Of a stretch of 64,000 nt of DNA, positions 11,735 to 23,792 are shown piece after piece; within the stretch, counting starts at the first letter, position 1; each line of letters starts with the position of its first letter. Where the stretch lies: positions 62,001 through 126,000 of the forward strand of contig BCKZ01000021.1 in NCBI GenBank assembly GCA_001600815.1, given 5' to 3'. The notes below the pieces were generated by a model that did not search any database, was not told the origin of the DNA, and was given only the letters and a program-made list of their open reading frames with translations. The position numbers were made by a program, and so were the translations under genes. This DNA comes from Alloascoidea hylecoeti (taxonomy: Eukaryota).

Positions 11735-12438
11735 TCATGTTCTTCGGAATCTTGAATGGGAAGACGTGGGTCTTGAGGTACCGGCTGCTCTTCGTCCCGT
11801 TGTCGGTTTAGTACCCGAAGAATTGGATTTAGATGCTTTTGAAGTAGGTGCTCGTTTCCCATATACTAATAACAATAAAACGTTAATAAGACCGAAAAAT
11901 AAAAAAATAAAAAAGTTTGAAAAAAATATACAAGCTTACCTCTTGATCTTAGTAAATCTTCCTTTTGCTTCCTTCGTCTTTCAATCTCTTCTTGTTTCTG
12001 CCGTCTTTCTTCTTCCTCTCGAGCTCTCTGTTCTTGTAATAGTCGTTCTTGTTCTTGTTGTCTTTGTATCTCACGCAGTCGGTCTTCATACAGTTCATCA
12101 TCTTTAGTTGCACCAAACCAATTTTCTGTATTCATTAAGAGATTTGAAATATGACTTGATTGAGATAATATCTTGATCCATATGTCTAATAGTTCATCGG
12201 TATTTTTGGCTGTTTCAAGAACCATATCAACATTGTTTCCTGCTTGATCTAAACTCGTTATTGCATTTTCAATTACTTTGTTTACGTTTTGAACCTGTTG
12301 TAATTCTAATTCTAGCGCATCTTGTCGATATTCAGGTGATATTAATCTCTTTTCTTCTTCATTTCTTCCAACCTCAGAAGAATTTGATAAGGATTCTTTA
12401 AAGGAAATTAGAGTTTCTTGTAGTTCTTTTGCTGACAT
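11735..12438 (-). CDS. DUO1: DASH/Dam1 complex subunit Duo1, 2 exons (12438-11940, 11865-11735)
   Basis: LELELQQVQNVNKVIE..TDELLDIWIKILSQ..W.G core plus coiled coil. Intron 11866-11939 (GTAAGC..TAG) gives a basic Ser/Arg-rich tail ending FRRT*. Confidence 0.82.
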
Positions 12439-12576
12439 TATATGTTGATATTTAAGATAAGAAGTTCGGAGGTGGGTATGCCGATGTCTGGATGTTTTTG
12501 GCGTATCATTTATGTATTATAAACGTTAACCTTTACCTTTACCTTCATATATATCTCATTTTATTGTGGCGAAAAC

Positions 12577-13917
12577 ATGCCAACCAACCCCAGAAAAGAA
12601 GTATATCGTACTTCACTACAGATACAGAAAAAACTCTACCTAATATATCCCGTTATTGTTGTTTTTGGTCAGCTGGTGTCATTTTTTCTACTTCACGATG
12701 GAAAGAATATTGACCCAGAACTCTCAAACTACAATTCAAGACCTTCAGTGTTGAAATTCAGAAGAAGTATATTCAATGTTTATTTTGTCAAGTTAGGATG
12801 GCTTTGGACAACCGTTTCCATTTCTTTAATATTGTTAATTGTTCTTGTTTACTTAGCTTTATTTGGTGCTCAGAATTCCGATAATTCAAGGTATACTAAT
12901 GTTGAGCTTCAGGATATTAATATTAATATTGAACTTGATGATTCAGGCTCCAGTACTTCTTCCTCGGCTGAAGTTACGTCTGAATCGTCATCAAACAGAA
13001 TCATAACTGAAGTAATCACAACTGAAACACTAATCACCAAATTAGAATCTTCTAAATACTTCTCGGCTTTCGGTTTTATTAGATTGATTTTCGGTTTCAT
13101 AATAAGATATTGTCTAGCTACTTTATGGTGGATTTTTTATGCTCAATGGTTTTTTGGCCTGCCGATAATGGATAGAATATTTCTTGCTACTGGTGGCTCT
13201 TGTAAAATTGGACTAAATGACTCAAATTATTCAATTATTTCAAAAGTCCTTACTGATTCAATTAATTTGAATCCCTTGAAAGATTTAGAAATTCAGAAGA
13301 TCGGTACAAGTGAATTCTCCCTAGATCAAATTATATCTTCAAAATCAAATGAAATTATTTCCGCACTATTAAGTAATCGACGTTTATTAAAATCTTCAAA
13401 TTTAACTGATTCAATTTTACAATCGGATTTATCACTTCATTCAATTCCTGCACTTGCTCCTTTATCACCAATTTTTAAAGATTCAACCATTTTAGAACTT
13501 TCTGCTTCTTCTTCAACGTGTCGTGCTATCAAAGGTCATTGGCTTAATGGTCATGATCCAAGTGGTCATACTTTTCTTTTAGTTCATATGTCATTATACA
13601 TATTATTTGAATTATTACCATTCTTAATCTCATTTATGAATAATGATAATGTTAAACGTAAAGCAAGTATAAATTCTCCTAGAAATAATATTATTATATT
13701 CACTATTCAAGCAACTGTTTTATTAATTTTATCATTACAAATAATATGGTTATGGATGATTGGTATAACTTCAATTTATTTCCATTCATTTTTTGAAAAA
13801 ATTCTTGGTTTAATATTTGGGTATTTGGGTATTGTGATTATTTATAATGGGTTTAATAACATTTTTGGGTTTAGAAACAATTTTATATCTAATCTTATTA
13901 ATTATCCCTATTTGTAA
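12577..13917 (+). CDS. SCS3: FIT family ER acyl-CoA diphosphatase (Scs3/Yft2/FITM)
   Basis: FNVYFVKLGWLWT, QWFFGLPIMDRIFLATGGSC, GHDPSGHTFLL and TSIYFHSFFEK. Confidence 0.85.
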   Translation: MPTNPRKEVYRTSLQIQKKLYLIYPVIVVFGQLVSFFLLHDGKNIDPELSNYNSRPSVLKFRRSIFNVYFVKLGWLWTTVSISLILLIVLVYLALFGAQNSDNSRYTNVELQDININIELDDSGSSTSSSAEVTSESSSNRIITEVITTETLITKLESSKYFSAFGFIRLIFGFIIRYCLATLWWIFYAQWFFGLPIMDRIFLATGGSCKIGLNDSNYSIISKVLTDSINLNPLKDLEIQKIGTSEFSLDQIISSKSNEIISALLSNRRLLKSSNLTDSILQSDLSLHSIPALAPLSPIFKDSTILELSASSSTCRAIKGHWLNGHDPSGHTFLLVHMSLYILFELLPFLISFMNNDNVKRKASINSPRNNIIIFTIQATVLLILSLQIIWLWMIGITSIYFHSFFEKILGLIFGYLGIVIIYNGFNNIFGFRNNFISNLINYPYL

Positions 13918-14072
13918 ATAGATTATAATTTATATTATAACTAGAAATATATTTAGATATAGATTTAGTCCATGTATATTTATTTGTATATGTATAAGAA
14001 AAAATAGAGATAAAATATTTAATTAGCATTGCATTTAAGATAATAACTTCTAGATCTATAGTATACATTGTT

Positions 14073-15770
14073 TTAATCACTTTTAACTCTCCATTGAGCG
14101 GTTGGAATTCGTTGTAACTCCAATATTTTTCTTTTAATATACGTGAAAAACAAAGTAAGACCAATAGTAATACAAATGATACTTGTAACATAATAACCAT
14201 CTCTATAAGTTGTACAAGTTCCATTTAATGTATTACACTGTTCTTTACCAGCGTGTGTTGCACAAGAAAAGGTTTCGAAAATATTTGAAGCAGGACTTGT
14301 TGATGGAGGTGAACATGTTGCAACGGTGAAATAATCAACAAGATGAAACACAATTATTCGTGGCCATTGACCGCCAAGATTCATTATTGTATTTAACGTT
14401 GTCATATACGTACCCCCAATTGCGGGATCTGCTATCTTTGTATGAAAGGCATTAATCGAAACAAATTGAACAGTCGACATAAATGATCCAAGTATATGCT
14501 GTAAAATAACCATTAAAAAATATAGTTTTGTAACTTTACCATCGGATGGAAAAAACATAATAATTATATGGGCTAAAACAGCTGATAAAATTCTTCCTAA
14601 AAATCCATATAGCCATGGTTTCAATGGATTACTACCAATGGACCATTTTGCAGCATAGTAACCAAATATAATTTCAAAAGGAAAATCAATTAATACAGTA
14701 ACAGCCAAATCTTCTTTTGAGAATCCTTTTTCTAACAGTTTTAAATTTGTAACGCCTTCATTTGCTTGGAATCCAATTTTTGCAATTATATGAATAAGTA
14801 TAAATTGTTGGACATTTTTTAATTTTATAACATTGATCATTGTTTTATAAACTTGTAAAACACCGCTTACTGGATCACCTTCTTCAAATTCTATAATGCC
14901 CGAGCTTTGATTATTGTCATCATCGTCTGTTTTCTTTATCGGTATAAATTCTGGATTTTCTTTAACAAATATAGCAACAAATATTGTAGTAAATAAATAT
15001 ATGCATCCACAAAATTTAAGATAACCACTTAAAGATATTAAAGGCTCATCTAATGGCACTTTTCTTATATACTTATTAGAAAATTCTGGTGAATTGAATG
15101 CCAAAAAAACTGTAAAACTTAAGAAATAACCCATATTTATACCAACTGTTTGAGCGGTTGCAGCATATGATAAACTTTCTTTAGATAATAAAGTCAAGGC
15201 CCAACCATCAACAGCAATATCCTGTGTTGCGCATAAGAAAACCAATGTGAAAAATGCAGAAGTAATAATCCATAAATTCTTTTCAGCATGCTTAAATAAT
15301 TCCTCAGTTTTAGAACTTAGATATAATAGAACAAATGATGAAACTGTTTGAATTGGTACAATCCAAGATTTTCTTCTACCAAAAGATTTATTATAAAACG
15401 CATCAACAATTGGACTCCATAAAAGTTTCATCGAATATGGATACGAAGCAAGTGTAAATATCCCAACCTGTGTATAGCTTAAATATGATTTTAATATAAA
15501 TGGAATTGAACCAAATGCTAAGCCAACCGGTATCCCTTGAAGAAAATATAATAGAACTAATATAAAAAAATTCTTCTTGTCTTCTTTTGATAATTGAGAT
15601 AATGAATGTGGTTTTAAAGGTGATTCATTGGATTTTTTGAAAGTTTTTGAGGGTTTAAAATAAGAATCTGACGAACTGTTTGTAGGAGAAGAGCTTGATG
15701 AATTTATTTGATGAAGTTGATAAAGCGGTAATATCTCTACCTGATTATCATCTTTCCGTGAAGGAGGCAT
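14073..15770 (-). CDS. MFS acetyl-CoA transporter (SLC33A1/AT-1 family)
   Basis: LLYFLQGIPVGL, YPYSMKLLWSPIVD, GRRKSWIVP, ATQDIAVDGWAL and DPAIGGTYMTTLNT. Confidence 0.9.
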   Translation of the reverse strand: MPPSRKDDNQVEILPLYQLHQINSSSSSPTNSSSDSYFKPSKTFKKSNESPLKPHSLSQLSKEDKKNFFILVLLYFLQGIPVGLAFGSIPFILKSYLSYTQVGIFTLASYPYSMKLLWSPIVDAFYNKSFGRRKSWIVPIQTVSSFVLLYLSSKTEELFKHAEKNLWIITSAFFTLVFLCATQDIAVDGWALTLLSKESLSYAATAQTVGINMGYFLSFTVFLAFNSPEFSNKYIRKVPLDEPLISLSGYLKFCGCIYLFTTIFVAIFVKENPEFIPIKKTDDDDNNQSSGIIEFEEGDPVSGVLQVYKTMINVIKLKNVQQFILIHIIAKIGFQANEGVTNLKLLEKGFSKEDLAVTVLIDFPFEIIFGYYAAKWSIGSNPLKPWLYGFLGRILSAVLAHIIIMFFPSDGKVTKLYFLMVILQHILGSFMSTVQFVSINAFHTKIADPAIGGTYMTTLNTIMNLGGQWPRIIVFHLVDYFTVATCSPPSTSPASNIFETFSCATHAGKEQCNTLNGTCTTYRDGYYVTSIICITIGLTLFFTYIKRKILELQRIPTAQWRVKSD

Positions 15771-16048
15771 TTTGATGATTACAGAATATATAGTCTGTGA
15801 TAAGACAGGTTCAAGTTCCAGCCAGAACCAGTTTTATTCTTTATGAAAGTTCCCAGAGGAAAAAAAAAAGCCACGTACGTTAAGTATAGAGATTTCAGGC
15901 TCAATAATTATGACAATGAACCTCCTGTTAAAGAAAATGTGGAGGTTCTTAACATCCTTTATACCTACATTTTAAATCTTTTTTTTTTTTTTTATTAAAA
16001 TTCTATATTCATACCACACATTCAATATATATAATAATTTCAAGTATT

Positions 16049-17416
16049 TTACCAGCTATATTCAGTTGAAATCTTTGAAGACTTCGACTTTGGAAATAGC
16101 ATCGAGTCGATTGTTGACTCAGGTGCAAATTTCCCAGCCATTTCATAAAATCCACTACCGGCTCCAATACGTATAATATTTTTTGGTTTTTTTAGTGATA
16201 AACAATCGAAAACAGTATGATGAATAGCTTTCAATAATGATGTTTGAATCTTGGTTGAAACAGGATTTGATAATTTTACAGCTGAAGCATAGGATTTTGC
16301 ATAAACTGGTCTAACCTCTTCAGGCCAAGATAAAATGTCAGCTTTAGTATTTGAATCAAGCCTTGTTCTAGATTGTTTAGTTTTGTATTTAGTTGTTGTT
16401 AAAGATCCTAATTTAATATGACAAACTGGAATTTCTTGTGATGAAAGTTCTCTTCGTAAGCATTGTGTAAGATTTGTTATGGAAGTAGATATTATCGATT
16501 CAACAGAATGAAATGGCGGACTAAGTTGTCCCATTACTGTAGGATTAATTATTATAAAACGTGAATGATGAACACGAACTAATTCAATAAGTCCATTCGA
16601 TAACAATGCAAGGGGTGTTAATAATTTAGAATAAATGGCATCGCTCCATGATCTAATGGACAACGCTTCAACTGGGGCTGTTGGGTAATATAAGTCAGGA
16701 ATAATAATAACACCTTTTAAGAACAAATTATGTGGAGTAGCACCTGGAAAAGCTACAACTGGTGAATCTAAAAGTTCTGCAAACTTCGTTAACTGTCTGT
16801 AAATTCTCTCTGGTTTTTCTGCTGGGATAGAAAGAGGTTTGATATCTTGACTATCTTCTTTTTCGATGATCTTTTCTTCTTCGGGAGTTGTGGTGGTGAC
16901 ATAAACAATAAATCCACGCCTTTCTAGATCTGCTGCAATTAATCTAGTTAAAGGTTCAGAGGGTGAAGCAGCTAATATCACGACTTCCATTCTAGCACCA
17001 TTAACAGCTCTTTTGGCCTTTCGTTTGACAAGTGCTGCTTGAGCTTGGGCCTTCTGATACTTTTTATATAACAAATATCCAAGGGTAGCAGATATCCCTA
17101 AAGCGACACTAGCACATAAAATTCTATGCTCGTCTATCCAATCATATGCCTTAGATATGATTCCGTCGGTAGCTTCTTCATCATCAAACAAACCATCAAA
17201 GTCATCTTCAATTCCTTCAAATCTAGCTCGTTGATTTTTCCTATGCAGAAATCTTTCCAGAAATTTCCCAGCATTTGAAACGGGGGCATCAGGTTTCGGG
17301 ATTTCAACGGTAGGAACAGGAATCGGAGAGTTTTCACTGATATAAACAGAAGCTTTATTGTGGATATCAACCATTTTCCCTAGTGTTGAGTCTATTGATG
17401 TATCGTTTGATGACAT
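16049..17416 (-). CDS. DUF1776/Ysc83-like protein (N-terminal TM, degenerate SDR-like fold)
   Basis: A TM segment followed by RKAKRAVNGARMEVVILAASPSEPLTRLIAADLERRGFIVY, typical of fungal DUF1776 proteins. Confidence 0.65.
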   Translation of the reverse strand: MSSNDTSIDSTLGKMVDIHNKASVYISENSPIPVPTVEIPKPDAPVSNAGKFLERFLHRKNQRARFEGIEDDFDGLFDDEEATDGIISKAYDWIDEHRILCASVALGISATLGYLLYKKYQKAQAQAALVKRKAKRAVNGARMEVVILAASPSEPLTRLIAADLERRGFIVYVTTTTPEEEKIIEKEDSQDIKPLSIPAEKPERIYRQLTKFAELLDSPVVAFPGATPHNLFLKGVIIIPDLYYPTAPVEALSIRSWSDAIYSKLLTPLALLSNGLIELVRVHHSRFIIINPTVMGQLSPPFHSVESIISTSITNLTQCLRRELSSQEIPVCHIKLGSLTTTKYKTKQSRTRLDSNTKADILSWPEEVRPVYAKSYASAVKLSNPVSTKIQTSLLKAIHHTVFDCLSLKKPKNIIRIGAGSGFYEMAGKFAPESTIDSMLFPKSKSSKISTEYSW

Positions 17417-17689
17417 AATTGAATTCTGATTCCGGAGGGGGAAAGAAAATTAGATTTGGTTCAGGGTTTTGGAAGGTTAACCCAAAATTACCAAACTAAG
17501 TAATTGGCTACTTCCCAGAATAGTAAGTATGTTTTGAAATATCTTATAATATGTTTGCGTAAATCATATCCAATCCCTTGAATATATATTTAAAATTTAT
17601 TATAAATTATTCAGGACGTCTTAGACAAGTCTCTTATTTCACCTTTAAAGAGACTTATGATTCAGACGGGGATGTTAGACCCCCAAGCA

Positions 17690-18600
17690 AATTGATAGTA
17701 TTATAACCAGCTACAGAAGAATGCTCGACAAGACCTTGAACTGTTCCTAAAATAGTGGATAGTATTTCGTATATATTAGAATGTCGATTAGACTATATAA
17801 AATGGCATTTAAAATTTAATATTTAGTGTTGGCGCCCTTGTAGCAACCTACGACGCAAATCAGATTATCAATGATGCCCCTGTTCTACGATACCCCAATA
17901 ATTTGAAAGCGACTTAAGAAATAGATATCTATACTCATTTATACACCATGCTGAAGGCTAATAATCGTAGTTCCTGTCTTGTGATGAACTTTTTGAGGAG
18001 GTTCCACATCTGATCTGTTAGATTCAAGTCCGGTAAAAAAAGTGGTCACGTCAACAGCTCTATCTCCCTGTCACGAAACCAATTCATCGCAATTTTAGTT
18101 CCAAGTAGGTGTGTTATCCAGCTTTAGTATAAGATCCTCAGGAATCTCATCAAAGGCCTCATCCAGAAGTTCTATGTAGGAACGCGTGGGTTTTCTACTA
18201 TTAGGGTAATCTTTGATATTCTAATATTGAACTTTGAAGCTAGGCTCTCATAGGTATTCAAGAAGGGAGCTTTCATGATTCTCATGATTTAATTTAACAC
18301 TCTCTCAAAAAGTGTTTAAGGTTCTTTTGTTCGAGGAGGTGTTGTGCTAGAAAAATTGTCGGGTATTTTTTCACAATGAACTGCACAGTTGAAGGTGTAG
18401 TGTTAACCCTTTTGAACCATTTTTGGACTGAGGAACAATATTTACTCATATTGCGAAAAAAAATTCAATTCGCTCAGCTCGTTGAAAATGAATTTTAGAA
18501 TTAGAATTACCTGAGATCTCGCTCAATGGAATTCTAGAAATCATTATATATGGTATAATTAAAAAGATGGGTTTTTTTGGAGAGGTGTCTAAAAAACAAA
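17690..18600 (-). mobile_element. Decayed Tc1/mariner (IS630-Tc1) DNA transposon, copy A
   Basis: Broken minus-strand translation gives an HTH piece TPSTVQFIVKKY (~18364-18399), catalytic pieces LDNTPT / NWFRDREIELLT*P..PDLNLTDQMW (~18004-18123; cf. QDNAPxH and WPxxSPDLNPIExxW) and a C-terminus IIDNLI..KGANTKY* (stop 17816-17818). It has frameshifts, stops and an internal deletion. Boundaries are approximate. Confidence 0.8.
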
Positions 18601-19037
18601 CGCACAAGCTTTGAGTGCCCCACAGTAATTATAGAGGTGATTTGGAAGTCAATTACCGTGAAGATAGAATATTGAAGAAAAAAATTACAGTAGGTACTTC
18701 ATTAATTTGAAATAAAATGATATATGGCATAAGACATAATTATAAGGAAGACTGATTAAATGTAGGATATAATATTACAACTGCTCGGGCCCCTTGTTCT
18801 CCTCTAATTAGTTGTAAGCTGCAGTTCTTGTCTAGTCTGTCTCTTGTCTAAAATCTGACCACATGATTTTTCCTTGTTATCATTCTACTTATTTCTCCCT
18901 TCAAATTCATTACTATCGGGGTTTCTTTTCTTTTCTTTTCATCCTTCTTTAGTATTCTGCTTCTTCAAGTTTTATTCGTTTTCATAGCTAACAACAAAAG
19001 TAATAACTCCTTTTGAAAAACAGAAGTATAGATAGAA

Positions 19038-20201
19038 ATGACTGCTTCCTCAACTATCGTACAAACAGCTAAAATTGCAAGTTCGGCTCTTGCTAAAACT
19101 GCTGCCAGATCAATTACCGCTGGAGCAGCGAGATCACTTATTAATCCAGCTTTGCTTACAGGTGTTAAATTAGCAAAGTCAATGGCAACTGCATCTGGTC
19201 CTACAAAAATGACAGTCCGTGATGCGTTGAACTCTGCAATGGCTGAAGAGCTTGACCGTGATGATAGAGTGTTCGTTATGGGTGAAGAGGTTTCGGTTTA
19301 TAATGGTGCCTATAAAATTACTAGAGGTTTACTAGACAAATTTGGTGAAAGAAGAGTAATTGATACTCCAATTACAGAAATGGGATTCACAGGTCTCTGT
19401 GTTGGTGCTGCATTTGCAGGTTTACATCCTATTTGTGAATATATGACCATGAATTTTGCAATGCAAGCAATTGATCAGATTATCAATTCTGCCGCCAAGA
19501 CTTTGTACATGTCTGGTGGTAGACAGCCTTGTAATATCACTTTCAGAGGACCTAATGGTTCAGCGGCTGGTGTTGCTGCTCAGCATTCACAGGATTATGC
19601 TGCTTGGTATGGTGCTATTCCAGGTTTAAAGGTTGTTGTTCCATATTCTGCTGAAGATGCAAGAGGTTTATTAAAATCTGCTATTCGTGATCCAAATCCA
19701 GTTATATTTTTAGAAAATGAACTTTTGTATGGTCGTGAATTTGATGTTTCTGCTGAAGCGCTGTCTACAGATTTTACTATACCGTTTGGAAAAGCCAAAA
19801 TTGAAAGAGAAGGTAAAGATATTACCATTGTCACATACACAAGAAATGTTTTATTCTCATTAGAAGCTGCAGATATTTTAAAATCTAAATACGGTGTTGA
19901 AGCTGAGGTTATTAATCTAAGATCAATTAAACCGTTAGATGTGCCCACTATATTGACATCCCTAAAGAAAACACACCATTTAATCACTGTTGAAGCTGGT
20001 TTCCCAGCATTTGGAGTTGGTTCAGAAATCTGTGCACAGGTGATGGAAACACAAGGTTTTGATTACTTAGATGCTCCAATTGAAAGAGTTACTGGTTGTG
20101 AAACCCCAACCCCATATGCTAAAGAGTTGGAAGACTTTGCTTTCCCAGATCCAGAAGTTATTACTAGGGCAGCAAAGAAGGTGTTGTCAATTGAAAATTA
20201 A
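19038..20201 (+). CDS. PDB1: Pyruvate dehydrogenase E1 beta subunit, mitochondrial
   Basis: Presequence, then [25 protein letters not shown] and [17 protein letters not shown]. Confidence 0.97.
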   Translation: MTASSTIVQTAKIASSALAKTAARSITAGAARSLINPALLTGVKLAKSMATASGPTKMTVRDALNSAMAEELDRDDRVFVMGEEVSVYNGAYKITRGLLDKFGERRVIDTPITEMGFTGLCVGAAFAGLHPICEYMTMNFAMQAIDQIINSAAKTLYMSGGRQPCNITFRGPNGSAAGVAAQHSQDYAAWYGAIPGLKVVVPYSAEDARGLLKSAIRDPNPVIFLENELLYGREFDVSAEALSTDFTIPFGKAKIEREGKDITIVTYTRNVLFSLEAADILKSKYGVEAEVINLRSIKPLDVPTILTSLKKTHHLITVEAGFPAFGVGSEICAQVMETQGFDYLDAPIERVTGCETPTPYAKELEDFAFPDPEVITRAAKKVLSIEN

Positions 20202-22028
20202 AGTGATTTCTTGTACAATCTCAAATAGCATGTAGTTATAGCGATATAAAGCTATAGAATAAATAAATGCCCAAATTTATTATAATGACAATATTTCAAC
20301 ATTGACGTATCAATGTAGATCATACAAATGACGAAATTCAATATACACAAAGTACCGAATATTTTATCGCCGCGTCACCAAACTTTTAAATTCCACATGC
20401 TGAAGATATATTCTCCTGTTAACCTAATACTTTCCTCAGACCAATCGAATTTAGAGTGTAAATACTGTTTAAGACTAACCAAACATTAGCGCATTATAAT
20501 TAACTGAGCGCTTAAACACAAGAAACGTTAACACTCCCGATGCAACAAATATATTGTATTAACTTGATTATAAATTACAACCTATAACTTACAAGTTACA
20601 ATATAATAAGTTATATGCAAATAGTATTTTTTTAATACATTAATTAATATACTATACACTATTAAAAATTTATTCAACACCAAAGTTTGTATATTATATT
20701 ATTACATGAAAGAGATTAATATTTTATCTTAAGATCTCCTTACATATTGCCAATTTGCAATCAGGCTTTGCATACTGCGAATGGGTTTCATTAATCGGGA
20801 GTTGAGAAATTGAGACATTTGCGTTTAGATATCTATAATCAATTATATAGTTTAGCCAGGAATAAATCCATATTGATCGTGAGAGATATAAGTTATACCT
20901 GTAATGCTATTTAGAGTTTTATGTAACTTACTAGTACTTATTAATTATGTTTAAATTTATGAGTATCTTTCTTAACTATCATAGCTGTACCCGGGTATAT
21001 GATCACTGTCCATTTGCTTTTGAGAGTAATAACTTATAGAAGAATAAACCAAGACTAGTGAAAAGCTAGGGAAATGTATATGATATCGATATTTCCAATA
21101 TAGTCCGGGGTGTTATTCTTTTTAGTTACAAACATATCAAAAATAATCAAAAATAAGATCAAATCAACGTTCAATTGCAATATAAAGTGATATCATGTAA
21201 TTTTATTCTGCACTTTGAAGGCTTACTGCGGCTGCATCCTTTGACAGGTGGGTGCCTGTGCTTTGGCAAATTGGTATCTTTATGTTCGTCAATTGTGATG
21301 AAAAATAGATTCAGTACGGAAAAGCCTCTCCCATATATATCAAATGAGTTGAATAATACAAAATATGTATAACCCATGAAGTCAATTATTATAATCTTCA
21401 ATCGGATAAAGTGCCCTTAATTATATGCCTATGGCATTTCATTGTAAGCCTTTTGAAAATAATAGCTAGCATTGATTATAATTAATTAAGTAGCTTATGC
21501 TTCTTGAGGATCGAATGTATGTTTTAAATAAGGAATTATATTTGTAAGTATCTACTCGTTGCTACAATTGTAAAGAAAGGTGATAGGATCTAGATTCTAG
21601 AAGTACTCTTCTTTCGATTCTACTTAGATCTTTCTAATGCAGCAGATAAATATTACAGTGATTTCCATAAAGAAACAAGTGTTTGCTTAATCTGCTCTGC
21701 TCAAAGTAATTATTAAACTTTACACCAAATTCAATAAGGCCGCAAATTCAAATTCTGATGCACAATGTTTGATTCGTAGAAAAAACCTATTAAAATTATA
21801 AAAGTTATGCTTTTAATAGAACCTCATATAATTGCGGATTCACTCCCAGATAGAAATATATATGTACAGAACCCCAAAGAAGTTGCAATATTAATTCTTT
21901 TTGAAACTATTCATACGAGCTCTCTGTTTTTTTACCCTCTTCAGATCTGACTCGCCCTGGCCGATTTTTTGCAATATTTATTACACATTCTCTATTTTAC
22001 ATAGTACTACCCGACATATTTTGACACC

Positions 22029-23792
22029 ATGTTGAGAAGAAATAAGGACAAGAAAAATAAAGAACGGAGTGGGGGGTTACGTCTTTTGGGTCGTCATAAG
22101 AGACAGAATTCGTTTGGTGCTTCAAATTCTCCTGGCCAACCCATAATCAGTACGGAGAATAGTTCTGATTCCGCCCTTTCAATAGGGCCTGACTCAGATC
22201 TTAAGGCCTTGGATTATTCCAAAACACTCCAAAGTCAATTCTCAAAGTCCAGTAGCAACATTGAACTACCTTCATTTGACATACTACCATCCCAGGTTCC
22301 GATAACCTTGACCTCTACAGAACGCCTTAGTACCTCAAAATCCAGTGGTTCACTGGCCAATTCAAACTCAGATGGCAGCAGCTCTATGTTTGCGAGCAAT
22401 ACAACTACGGCTTCTTCATCTGCAAACTCCTTTCCAAACATTTCTCTTCATAGACGCTTGTCACTTTCAGGTAAATCTGTTCAAGAGTCGACGTCTACCG
22501 AGGAAAAAAAAAGAGAACGAGAAAAACTAGTAAATTCAACGTTGAATCCTGGTATATTTGGAACTTCAAGTGTCATTGACACGTCCACGGCGGGCCTAAA
22601 TGGAAAGATTGAGTTTAAGCTCAAGGATGCCCCTAGTGTAATAGAGGCGTCAAAAGTGTATGTTACAGATAATCACACATCTCCTTCCACTTCTCCTACA
22701 AACCAAGACAATGACAAACTTTCACCATCTCAAAATAATTCTCATAGGCGGCGAGACGAATCTAATAATCCAACCGAAAGAGAAAACTCAACAGATCCAA
22801 AGATTAAGGTGCCGGAACCTCCAACTTTCTTTGGTCAAGTTAAGGTTGAATTGGATCTCACCCCTGAAGAAATTGCAATTTTGAAAAAGACTTGGAATTA
22901 TATCTTAAATGATGATAGCGATGACCCAGACGAAAAAAGGCATTTGCCAATTGGTGGTCATGGATATGCTAGTGGCCCTTCTAGATCAGCAGTTGGTAGT
23001 ACACTCTTTTTCCGACAAATGTATGCTAATCTGATTAGTATTGCTCCTGGTATCGAAAATTTATTTCCATCGATTTTACATCAATCAGTTGCCTTTGGTG
23101 GTGTCATTACAGCTGCACTTAGCAATATTGACAAAATATACATTCTAGATGATTATCTTGGAAGTTTAGGAAGACGACATGCAAGAGTCCTTGGAATTGA
23201 ACCATTCCAGTATGAGTTGCTGGGAACTAGTCTTGTTCGAACTTTAGAAGAAAGATTTGAAGATGATTTCACGGAAGAGGCAGAAGAATCATGGCTGAAA
23301 CTTTACAATTATCTTTGCAATAAACTTCTTCAAGAAGGTATCGATCCTCACATCAATCGTGGTGGTCAAGTAGGCGCAGACCTGGAAACAGTCCATGATA
23401 GGCATGTAAGTGTCGCACCTAGCATCGTAAGCAATTCAACGGGAAGAACTGTATCAACACACAAAGGGCCTTCGAACTCCCTTATGCCAATGAATCCTCA
23501 TTCATCTTTAGATAAATATGGACATCAAATACCAAGACAACGTGTTAGCACTTATAATAAGAAAGCTTATCACAGACCCCCACCAGGATCAATAGCTTCA
23601 AGAATGAAGACAAGTCAAATCATAAGAGGTAATGATGCTACAGCTTTACAAAATGCATTCACGGATTTGTCACCCACTGGTGCTCCATCAATTTTGAGTT
23701 CGAATTCAAATGGTTCAAAAAGAACTGGATCTGCTACAGACAAGCAATATATGCAAGGTGATGTAGATTTTCAAGATTGTTTAATTTCTTAA
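22029..23792 (+). CDS. Fungal single-domain globin with long Ser-rich extensions (YNL234W-like) and C-terminal CaaX
   Basis: LTPEEIAILKKTW (A helix), FFRQMYANL..NLFP (B/CD1), HQ (E7), LGRRHARVLG (proximal His F8) and AEESWLKLY (H helix). Ends DCLIS*. Confidence 0.8.
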   Translation: MLRRNKDKKNKERSGGLRLLGRHKRQNSFGASNSPGQPIISTENSSDSALSIGPDSDLKALDYSKTLQSQFSKSSSNIELPSFDILPSQVPITLTSTERLSTSKSSGSLANSNSDGSSSMFASNTTTASSSANSFPNISLHRRLSLSGKSVQESTSTEEKKREREKLVNSTLNPGIFGTSSVIDTSTAGLNGKIEFKLKDAPSVIEASKVYVTDNHTSPSTSPTNQDNDKLSPSQNNSHRRRDESNNPTERENSTDPKIKVPEPPTFFGQVKVELDLTPEEIAILKKTWNYILNDDSDDPDEKRHLPIGGHGYASGPSRSAVGSTLFFRQMYANLISIAPGIENLFPSILHQSVAFGGVITAALSNIDKIYILDDYLGSLGRRHARVLGIEPFQYELLGTSLVRTLEERFEDDFTEEAEESWLKLYNYLCNKLLQEGIDPHINRGGQVGADLETVHDRHVSVAPSIVSNSTGRTVSTHKGPSNSLMPMNPHSSLDKYGHQIPRQRVSTYNKKAYHRPPPGSIASRMKTSQIIRGNDATALQNAFTDLSPTGAPSILSSNSNGSKRTGSATDKQYMQGDVDFQDCLIS

